Assembly: GCF_963921235.1 (NCBI RefSeq)
Contig: NC_086109.1
Span: 124,001-188,000 of the forward strand
DNA from: Mobula hypostoma
Taxonomy: Eukaryota
Length of the DNA: 64,000 nt
Reading direction: 5' to 3'
Positions 23,753 through 34,000 of this stretch are shown here, piece after piece. A program made the position numbers and the translations under genes. Positions within the stretch are counted from its first letter, which is position 1. Every line of letters begins with the position of its first letter. The notes beneath the pieces are model-generated. The model worked only from the letters and a program-made list of their open reading frames with translations. It was not told the origin of the DNA and made no database searches.

Positions 23753-24705
23753 CATGGGGGAAATGTCAGGTCAGTGCAGACTCAGGCCAGAGAGTTGGAG
23801 GATAAGAGCACAGAGACGGCCTGCTGGCTAGTGAACATGCTGTAGTTAGAGACTCCCCTCAGGGCTAACTGGCGACCAGACCCTAATGTTGCAGGGAGGT
23901 GACCTGACACGTGATATGGGATGGCGAAATTGGGATGGATGGTGAAGAGAGGATCCCCCTCCAAGATACAGTCCTTCTTCTTATACAGCCAGACCAGTGG
24001 CCACAGAGCCCCAGATCCGGCCCATGGCACAGGGTGAGGAAGAGCAGGAGACTGGGGCAGGGGAACAGCATGAGAAACGGGGACCTGGGCAAGATAACAC
24101 TGTGGGTCTCACTGAGACAGCAACCACCAGGGAGATCTCAACTAAGGAAATGGTGGAGTTAGGAGACAAGTATCAGCAGATGCCAGGGGAACTTCTGCAC
24201 ATGTGTTTGCTGAGGATATGGGATATGGTGGGGGAGGGTGTTGGAGTGTGTTTATCCAACAGGGAGATGGGTGTCCTGGAGTGGATTTTAATCAATGTCC
24301 TGAGAGGGCCATCCGCTTCCCACGTGGGTGAGGATATGCTACAGGGCAGAGTGACAGCAGCAGTCAAGGCCAAGGTCAGGTATCCTTCAGTCTTGGAGTG
24401 GGAATGGGTAGAGCACAGTGGAAGAAGGGACCAGAGCCCATTGCCAGTGGGCTCTGATCACAGTGACCGTGAGGGAGATAGGCTAACTTCGATCATAGTT
24501 TAAGCAGCAGCTGACGATTTAAACGTAGTGGTGCTGCCATTATTGGGACCAGCGATATGGGGTACTGTAGATGCCATCATCAGGTTATTGAAGGGAACAG
24601 TGTACGGTTTCCACAGCCGGCTGTGCAAATTCGACAAGCGGCCTGGGGGTGGAGGTGTGACCCATAAGGAAATATTTTTGGCATTACTCAGAGCTGGGGT
24701 TCCAA
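23753..24705 (+). pseudogene. gag: ERV gag remnant (ERV-L/Fv1-like capsid region)
   Basis: TTREISTKEMVELGDKYQQMPGELLHMCLLRIWDMVGEG..LSNREM resembles the class III gag motif (Y/S)TxxELxxxxxxYxQxxGExxxxWLLRxWDxG. VTHKEIFLALLRAGVP (24657-24704) resembles the ERV-L TxxDLWxxLxxxGVP motif. Confidence 0.75.
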
Positions 24706-25294
24706 TTCCCTTCCTCTGCCAAGAGGAGGGAGCACTGCCAGGGGAAGAGAAGCACGGAGAAAAGGGTCATTCTCCAAGCCATCTCCTGATAGGGGCTTCT
24801 TCCTATACAAAATTCCTCACGTTCCACTCAGGGTTCCCTGCTTCCTTCGCTGGAGACTCAGCAAAAGGAACTGGCAGAAGCTATGGCAGCAGAGGTCGGG
24901 GGAGGGGTGGGCCGTGCCCTCCTGCCCACTCATGTAGGGATAGGGATAGGCATAGGCTCACACGCCCTGCACCCCTCCCCGCAAAAGTGTGAATGTTTCA
25001 GTTTGAAAAATTCTGCATGAGATGAGATGTGACCAAATGTGAGTTCACTTGAGTGAGTGCGTGCTTGAATGAGAGTGCAAAGTTTGTCATGTGTTTGTTA
25101 AATCTGTATTGCAAGGATGTTTGAATTAGTCCTATGCTGCAGCAGAAAAGGTAACCGATTGAAATATTTCACTACCCGGAGAAGTGAACTTGTAGGAGCT
25201 CTAATCTTTTAATAAGGCTGTGCCTTTAAGTAGCAGTATGAATGTGTTAATGTTTCGGGAGCCCCCACCCTGTCATCTTTTCAAAGTCCGAGAT

Positions 25295-25602
25295 AAATAC
25301 ACCATCAAAGTACATATATGTCACCATATATAACCCAGAGTTTCATTTTCTTGTGGGCATTTTCAATAAATCTATAAAATAATAACCAATACAGAATAAA
25401 CGAAAGACTGTCCAATTTGGGCATTCAATCAGAGTGCAGAAGACAACAAACTGCACAAGTACAAAAATAAAGAAATAATAATACTAATAAATAATAAATA
25501 AGGTGAACATGAGGTGAGAAGTCCCTGAAAGTGAGTCCATTGGTTGTGAAAACATTCAGTGAAGTTGTGCCCTTTGGTTGAAGAGCCTGATGGTTGAGAG
25601 GT
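25295..25602 (-). mobile_element. Rex1/Babar-like LINE 3' end inserted in the ERV
   Basis: The minus strand gives an ORF tail STIRLFN followed by an AT-rich 3' UTR ending gacatatatgtactttgat. Confidence 0.55.
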
Positions 25603-25684
25603 TTTCTTCACCTTTGTTCTTTGGAAAAAATATTATGGTTTTTATCCTGTGGAAATTAATAGTTTGTTCTACTTGTGAAGGCTC

Positions 25685-25860
25685 TGAGGAAAGTACAAGC
25701 ATGGACTGAATTTGTTTTCAGAGATGAGTGAGTCTGGCATTCGATAGGTTGTGCCACATCCCATACTATGGACAGGTGGCAGGGCTGACGGAGCATTTGA
25801 ATGGGCTTTTGAAACGGCAGATTAAGTTATTGACCCCCACCCTCGCCTTCAGGGGTGTCT
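25685..25860 (+). pseudogene. pol: ERV integrase core remnant
   Basis: KVQAW followed by HIPYYGQVAGLTEHLNGLLKRQIK, matching HIPYHPQAAGLIERWNGLLK of ERV-L-type integrases, including the catalytic E. Confidence 0.85.
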
Positions 25861-26158
25861 ATGAGTGTGCTGCAGCAGGTGGCAGACAGCCTGGACTCCT
25901 GGCCGGCAGATTAGGGAGGGTCCTCGATCCTGGATGTCCCAGCACTTGCCAGTATCAGATCCTCCAAAGTTGGAGGAGGTGGAGTTGCAGGAGGAATTGG
26001 GGTTGCAGGAGCCACCAGTGCGTGGGGAGATCGTGGTGCGAGAACCAGGGAATATGCGATGGGTGGCATTACTGGGGAATGGGGATAGTCTTTCTAAATA
26101 CCCAGTGATTAACCAGGATGCAGAGAGTTTGTGTCTCCCTACGTGACAGTATGGCAAA

Positions 26159-27397
26159 GTGATGGATGCTGAAGGCAGTGGCAATGAAGGTGAGATCCAC
26201 CACAGATTCCTATGGATGGTGTATGAGTTTGTGAGCCACACCCACACTTCAGACTGTTGGGTCTGTATAACCCACACCGGAGAAGGGCTGGTATCAATCC
26301 CCTTTAACCAAGAAGAACAAGAACTTGTCCAACCTCTCTTGCTTTGGCATTCTCCTTTTGCGGAAGACAGGAAGGAGTAGTCCATTCCAGCCAATCTTGC
26401 CCCATTGTATGGGAACAGCCTTAAAGAACTTGCATCTCTGTAACCCCCGGTAGAGTAAGTGTTTTAAGGGCTGGTACTTCCCTACGTGCAATTTGTCTGA
26501 TCCCAAGGTCCTGACTTGGAGAAAAATCCTTCTGCCAACAGTGGAGGGGAAGGAGTGTTGGTGCAAGTGGTACAATGAGCACAGGCCCAGTCAGTGGGGC
26601 ACAGCGAGTTTGAGCAGGAGCAGTACCCTGGGATGACACGGAATGGTGCTCGCTCCCTGGGCACTAAATGGTATGCAGTGCCCAGGTACATGGTGCCGTA
26701 CATACACTGTACGGATCAATAGCCTGGATAGGCACCCTGCCCATGACGGGCATCGCAGAGGCAGAAAGATTGTGGATGATAAGCTTGGTGTGGTGAGGCT
26801 GTCTCAGGAACTGGTATGTATAGCCTCTGTGATGGAGACTCTGGCTAACAAGATAGCCACAGCACTCAAGCATACAGAGGATGTAATGATCGCAGCGTCA
26901 GCTGAGATTACGGCTGTTTGGATGGTGGCCTTGCAAAATTGGATGGCCTTGGACGACCAGCTCACGGTGAAAGGTGGCACCTGTGTTGTGATTGGTCCGG
27001 ACAACACATCCTCAGTGAATCTGGGAACATTACTTACCTCGCTAATCATATCCACAGTCAGTAAATAAGATCAGGAAAGTTGGGAACTAGGTCCATTGCT
27101 ACTACATCCCAGGGGAAGGTGATGGTCTGTGGCCATCAAACTTTACAACTCCTCCCTTGGAGGGTCAAACACCCTGAGCCAATAGGCTGGTCCTGGACTT
27201 ATTTCATAATTTACCAGCAAAATTTACATATTATTATTAAACTATTTATGGTTCTATTACTATTTATTATTTATGGTGCAACTGTAACGAAAACCAATTT
27301 CCCCCGGGATCAATAAAGTATGACTATGAATGCTGGTGGAATGATAATTAAGGGTATAGTATTATGTTTTATCTGTAGTATAGTTGGGAATCCATAG
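26159..27397 (+). pseudogene. env: ERV env remnant (gamma-type SU-TM)
   Basis: SU has RFLWMVYEFVSHTHTSDCWVC (CXXC at 26255-26266) and ALNG. TM has the heptad VVRLSQELVCIASVMETLANKIATALKHT, the ISD-like VALQNWMALDDQLTVKGGTCVVIG and PDNT. A hydrophobic GMIIKGIVLCFICSIVG lies at ~27338-27388. Stops and frameshifts are present. Confidence 0.85.
27125..27329 (+). mobile_element. Rex1/Babar-like LINE 3' end inserted in env TM
   Basis: ORF tail VAIKLYNSSLGG, an AT-rich UTR, and the terminus aatttcccccgggatcaataaagtatgactatg. Confidence 0.65.
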
Positions 27398-27441
27398 GGG
27401 TTACACTAACCTGTGGGTGGTGTCACAGTGCTGTGGCCTTC

Positions 27442-27452
27442 GAGGGGTGAAA
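27442..27452 (+). other. Polypurine tract of the ERV
   Basis: GAGGGGTGAAA immediately before TGTTG, like the class III AGGGGTGGA(N)-TGT junction, and located just downstream of env. Confidence 0.7.
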
Positions 27453-27570
27453 TGTTGCAGTAAGTGTCTTAGCTTACCTGCTCACTGAAAGCCACTCCCC
27501 AGTGGGAAATGGGGACCTGCCCGTGTAAGAGCACTGCAGCCCTACCCAATAACTTCTGTTTAGCTGACAG
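27453..27570 (+). mobile_element. Start (U3) of the ERV 3' LTR; end uncertain
   Basis: Begins with TG right after the PPT. There is no matching 5' copy in the window. Confidence 0.5.
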
Positions 27571-27574
27571 CACT

Positions 27575-27957
27575 GGCAGAGTTTAAATCTGGCGATCTAG
27601 CATGCGATAACCACGTGGAAGATTGTAACATCAGACAGCAAGCTGTTGGTCTCCACGCTCGTTGTTTGCCGGAGAGATCTCCCTCTCCCTTGACGGAGAG
27701 AGAAAGCCTGTACGAGATACCGAAGTGCTGGGTTGTCGACTCTGGATCGACGTCTCTTTGGGGGGCTTTTGGGAGGGGGGTCAGTGCTTCTGCTGGTGCG
27801 AATGGGGGAGGGGAGGGGAGGGTGGAGGGGTCTTTGGGGTTCTGATGTTTCTATCATTCATTCTTTGGGCTCTCTAGTTTTGTGGAAGTCTGCAAAGAGC
27901 AAGAATTTCAGATTGCATACTGTGTATATTCTGTATTATTAATTTGAACCATTTGAA
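27575..27957 (+). mobile_element. Probable retroposon 3' end, family unassigned
   Basis: A GC-rich part followed by an AT-rich tail ending in a short repeated motif (atttgaaccatttgaa). Confidence 0.4.
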
Positions 27958-28009
27958 GAATCACTATATTGCAACTGAAGAATCATTAGGTTGCAAAGAA
28001 TCACTCGAC

Positions 28010-31000
28010 AGAGTCTCTATCTGTCTCTCTCTTATGTCCAGACACAGTCTCTCGTACAGTCTCTCTCGTACAGTCTCTCTCACACAGTCTCTCTCAAACA
28101 GTCTCTCACACACAGTCTCTCTCACACAGTCTCTCACACAGGCTCTCGTACATTCTGTCTGACACAGTCTCTCTCACAGTCTCTCACACAGTCTCTCGTA
28201 CATTCTCTCACACAGTCTCTCAAAGTCTCTCACACACAGTCTCTCAAAGTCTCTCTCACACATTCTCTCTCACACAGTCTCTCGTACAGTCTCTCTCACA
28301 CAGTCTCTCATACATTCTCTCACACAGTCTCGTACAGTCTCTCACACACAGTCTCTCGTACAGTCTCTCTTACAGTCTCTCACAGTCTCTCTCACACAGT
28401 CTTTCACACACAGTCTCTCACACAGTCTCTCTCACACAGTCCCTCACATGCAGTCTCTCACACAGTCTCTCTCACAGTCTCTCACACACAGTCTCTCACA
28501 CAGTCTCTCACATGCAGTCTCTCACACAGTCTCCCTCACACAGTCTCTCACACAGTCTCTCTCACACAGTCTCTCACATGCAGTCTCTCACACAGACTCT
28601 CACACAGTCTCTCGTACATTCTCTCTCACACAGTCTCACACACACAGTCTCTCTCACACAGTCTTGTACATTCTCTCTCACACAGTCTCTCTCACAGTCT
28701 CTCTCACACAGTCTCACACACACAGTCTCTCACACGCAGTCTCTCGTACATTCTCTCACACAGTNNNNNNNNNNNNNNNNNNNNNNNNNNNNNNNNNNNN
28801 NNNNNNNNNNNNNNNNNNNNNNNNNNNNNNNNNNNNNNNNNNNNNNNNNNNNNNNNNNNNNNNNNNNNNNNNNNNNNNNNNNNNNNNNNNNNNNNNNNNN
28901 NNNNNNNNNNNNNNNNNNNNNNNNNNNNNNNNNNNNNNNNNNNNNNNNNNNNNNNNNNNNNNNNACTCTCTCGTACAGTCTCTCTCACACAGTGTCTCAC
29001 GGTCTGTCTCACACAGTCTCTCTCACACAGTCTCTCGTACATTCTCTCTCACACAGTCTCTCTCGTTCATTCTCTCTCACACAGTCTCCATACATTCTGT
29101 CTCACACAGTGTCTCACAGTCTCTCACACAATCTCTCTCACAGTCTCTCACACACAGTGTCTCTCACAGTCTCTCACACAGTCTCTCTCACAGTCTCTCA
29201 CACAGTCCCACTCAGTCTCTCACACAGTCTCTCACACATTCTCTCTCACACAGTCTCTCTCGTACAGTCTCTCTCTTACAGTCTCTCTCACAGTCCCTCG
29301 TACAGTCTCTCTCAAACAGTCTCTCTCACAGTTTCTCACACACAGTCTCTCACACACAGTCTCTCTCACAGTCTCTCACACAGTCTCACACACAGTCTCT
29401 CACACGCAGTCTCTCACACAGTCTCACTCACAGTCTCGTACAGTCTCTCGTACATTCTCTCTCACAGTCTCTCTGAGTCTCTCACACACAGTCTCTCTCG
29501 TACAGTCTCTCACACACAGTCTCGTACAGTCTATCTCACACAGTCTCTCACACGCAGTCTCTCACACAGTCTCTCACAGTCTCTCTCACACAGTCTCTCT
29601 CTCAGTCTCCCGTACATTCTCACACACAGTCTCTCACAGAGTCTCTCTCACACAGTCTCTCACAGTCTCACACACAGTCTTTCACACAGTCTCTCGTACA
29701 TTCTCCCTCACACAGTCCCTCACACGCAGTCTCTCTCACACAGTCTCTCACAGTCTCTCTCACACAGTCTCACACACAGTCTCTCACACAGTCTCTCACA
29801 CACAGTCTCACACACAGTCTCTCTCACACAGTCTCTCATACATTCTCTCTCACACAGTCTCTCTCACAATCTCTCACACAGTCTCTCTCACACATTCTCT
29901 CATACAGTCTCTCTCACACAGTCTCTTACAGTCTCTTGTACATTCTCTCTCTCACAGTCTCTCTCACACAGTCTCTCACACAGTCTCTCTCACACATTCT
30001 CTCACACAGTCCCTCACACACAGTCTCTCTCACACAGTCTCTCTCACACAGTCTCTCACACAATCTCTCACAGTCTCTCTCACACAGTCTCTCACACACA
30101 GTCTCTCACACAGTCTCTCACACAGTCTCTCTCACACAGTCTCTCACACAAACTCTCACACAGTCTCTCTCACACAGTCTCTCACACAGTCTCTCACACA
30201 CAGTCTCTCTCACACAGTCTCTCACACACAGTCTCTCACACAGTCTCCGTACATTCTCTCTCACACAGTCTCTCACACAATCTCTCACACAGTCTCTCTC
30301 ACACAGTCTCTCACACAATCTCTCACACAGTCTCACACACAGTCTCTCTCACAGACTCTCTCGTACAGTCTCTCTCACACAGTGTCTCACAGTCTGTCTC
30401 ACACAGTCTCTCTCACACAGTCTCTCACAGTCTCTCTCACACAGTCTCTCACACACAGTCTCTCACACAGTCTCTCACACAGTCTCCGTACATTCTCTCT
30501 CACACAGTCTCTCACACAATCTCTCACAGTCTCTCTCACACAGTCTCTCACAGTCTCTCTCACACAGTCTCTCACACACAGTCTCTCACACAGTCTCTCA
30601 CACAGTCTCTCTCACACAGTCTCTCTCACACAGTCTCTCACACAATCTCTCACACAGTCTCTCACACAGTCTCTCACACAGTCTCTCACACACAGTCTCT
30701 CACACACAGTCTCTCACACAGTCTCCGTACATTCTCTCTCACACAGTCTCTCACACAGTCTCTCTCACACAGTCTCTCACACAATCTCTCACACAGTCTC
30801 TCACACAGTCTCTCTCACACAGTCTCTCACACAGTCTCTCACACACAGTCTCTCTCACACAGTCTCTCACACACAGTCTCTCACACAGTCTCCGTACATT
30901 CTCTCTCACACAGTCTCTAACACAATCTCTCACACAGTCTCTCTCACACAGTCTCTCACACAATCTCTCACACAGTCTCACACACAGTCTCTCTCACAGA

Positions 31001-34000
31001 CTCTCTCGTACAGTCTCTCTCACACAGTGTCTCACAGTCTGTCTCACACAGTCTCTCTCACACAGTCTCTCACAGTCTCTCTCACACAGTCTCTCACACA
31101 CAGTCTCTCACACAATCTCTCACACAGTCTCTCTCACACAGTCTCTCACACAATCTCTCACACAGTCTCTCACACAGTCTCTCACACACATTCTCTCTCA
31201 CACAGTCTCTCTCACACAATCTCTCACACAGTCTCTCTCACACAGTCTCTCACACAATCTCTCTCACAGACTCTCTCGTACAGTCTCTCTCACACAGTGT
31301 CTCACAGTCTGTCTCACACAGTCTCTCTCACACAGTCTCTCGTACATTCTCTCTCACACAGTCTCTCTCGTTCATTCTCTCTCACACAGTCTCTCTCACA
31401 CAGTCTCCGTACATTCTGTCTCACACAGTCTGTCACACTGTCTCTCACAGTCTCTCACACACAGTGTCTCTCACAGTCTCTCATACACAGTCTCTCTCAG
31501 TCTCTCACACAGTGCCACTCAGTCTCTATTAGTCTCTCACACAGTCTCTCACACATTCTCTCTCACACAGTCTCTCTCGTACAGTCTCTCTCACACAGTC
31601 TCTCACACAATCTCTCACACAGTCTCTCACACAATCTCTCACACAGTCTCACACACAGTCTCTCTCACAGACTCTCTCGTACAGTCTCTCTCACACAGTG
31701 TCTCGCAGTCTGTCTCACACAGTCTCTCTCACACAGTCTCTCGTACATTCTCTCTCACACAGTCTCTCTCACAGTCTCTCACACAGTCTCTCTCACAGAC
31801 TTTCACACAGTCTCTCTCGTACAGTCTCTCTCACACAGTCTCTCACACACAGTCTTTCACACAGTCTCTCTCACAGACTCTCTCACACAGTCTCTCTCGT
31901 ACAGTCTCTCTCACACAGTCTCTCTCACACAGTCTCTCTCAGTCTCACACATTCTCTCTCACACACAGTCTCTCACAGTCTCTCACACATTCTCTCTCAC
32001 ACAGTCTCTCGTGCAGTCTCTCTCACACAGTCATTCACACACAGTCTCTCTCACACAGTCTCTCGTACATTCTCTCTCACACAGTCCCTCACACACAGTC
32101 TCTCACACGCAGTCTCTCACACGCAGTCTCTCACACGCAGTCTCTCACACAGTCTCGTACAGTCTCTCTCACACAGTCTCTCACAGTCTCTCTCACACAG
32201 TCTTTCACACAGTCTCACACACAGTCTCTCTCACACAGTCTCACTCACACAGTCTCGTACTGTCTCTCTCACACAGTCTCTCGTACATTCTCTCTCACAC
32301 AGTCTCTCGTACAGTCTCTCTCACACAGTCCTTCACACACAGTCTCTCTCACACAGTCTCTCGTACATTCTCTATCACACAGTCTCACACACAGTCTCTC
32401 ACACAGTCTCGTACAGTCTCTCTCACACAGTCTCTCTCACAGTCTCTCACACAGTCTCACTCACACAGTCTCGTACTGTCTCTCTCACACAGTCTCTCGT
32501 ACATTCTCTCTCACACAGTCTCTCACACAGTCTCTCTCACACAGTCTCTCACACGCAGTCTCTAGTACATTCTCTCTCACACAGTCTCTCGTACAGTCTC
32601 TCAGTCTCTCATACATTCTCTCTCACACAGTCTCACACACACAGTCTCTCTCACACAGTCTCTCACACACAGTCTCTCTCACACAGTCTCTCACACACAG
32701 TCTCTCTCACACAGTATCTCTCACAGTCTCTCTCACACAGTCTCTCGTACAGTCTCTCTCACACTCTCTCACAGTCTCTCACACAGTCTCTCTCACACAG
32801 TCTCTCTCTCAGTCTCTTGTACATTCTCTCTCACACAGTCTCTCACACACAGTCTCATACAGTCTCTCTCACAGTCTCCCGTACATTCTCACACACAGTC
32901 TCTCACACAGTCTCTCGTACAGTCTATCTCACACAGTCTTTTACAGTCTCTTGTACATTCTCTCTCTCACAGTCTCTCTCACACAGACTCTCACACACAG
33001 TCTCTCACACAGTCTCTCTCACACAATCTCTCACACAATCTCTCACACACAGTCTCTCTCACACAGTCTCTCACACAGTCTCTCACACAGTCTCTCTCAC
33101 ACAGTCTCTCACACAATCTCTCACACACAGTCTCTCTCACACAATCTCTCACACAGTCTCTCACACAGTCTCTCTCACAGTCTCTCTCACAGTCTCTCAC
33201 ACACAGTCTCTCACACAGTCTCCGTACATTCTCTCTCACACAGTCTCTCACACAATCTCTCACACAGTCTATCTCACACAGTCTCTCACACAATCTCTCA
33301 CACAGTCTCACACAGTCTCTCTCACAGACTCTCTCGTACAGTCTCTCTCACACAGTGTCTCACGGTCTGTCTCACACAGTCTCTCTCACACAGTCTCTCG
33401 TACATTCTCTCTCACACAGTCTCTCTCGTTCATTCTCTCTCACAGTCTCCATACATTCTGTCTCACACAGTGTCTCACACAGTCTCTCACACAATCTCTC
33501 TCACAGTCTCTCACACACAGTGTCTCTCACAGTCTCTCACACAGTCTCTCTCACAGTCTCTCACACAGTCCCACTCAGTCTCTCACACAGTCTCTCACAC
33601 ATTCTCTCTCACACAGTCTCTCTCGTACAGTCTCTCTCGTACAGTCTCTCTCACAGTCCCTCGTACAGTCTCTCTCAAACAGTCTCTCTCACAGTTTCTC
33701 ACACACAGTCTCTCACACACAGTCTCTCTCACAGTCTCTCACACAGTCTCACACACAGTCTCTCACACGCAGTCTCTCACACAGTCTCACTCACAGTCTC
33801 GTACAGTCTCTCGTACATTCTCTCTCACAGTCTCTCTGAGTCTCTCACACACAGTCTCTCTCGTACAGTCTCTCACACACAGTCTCGTACAGTCTATCTC
33901 ACACAGTCTCTCACACGCAGTCTCTCACACAGTCTCTCACAGTCTCTCTCACACAGTCTCTCTCTCAGTCTCCCGTACATTCTCACACACAGTCTCTCAC

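Larger units (their letters stand above)
22400..27570 (+). mobile_element. Decayed endogenous retrovirus, class III-like (ERV-L/ERV-S-like gag and integrase) with gamma-type env; 5' LTR and pro/RT not found
   Basis: Remnants occur in proviral order on the + strand: gag, IN, env SU/TM, PPT, then a TG-starting LTR (see sub-features). The outer boundaries are approximate. Confidence 0.8.

Noticed and set aside
26159..27397. Domesticated syncytin-like env gene
   Set aside because: Multiple stops, frameshifts, a deletion and a LINE insertion disrupt it.
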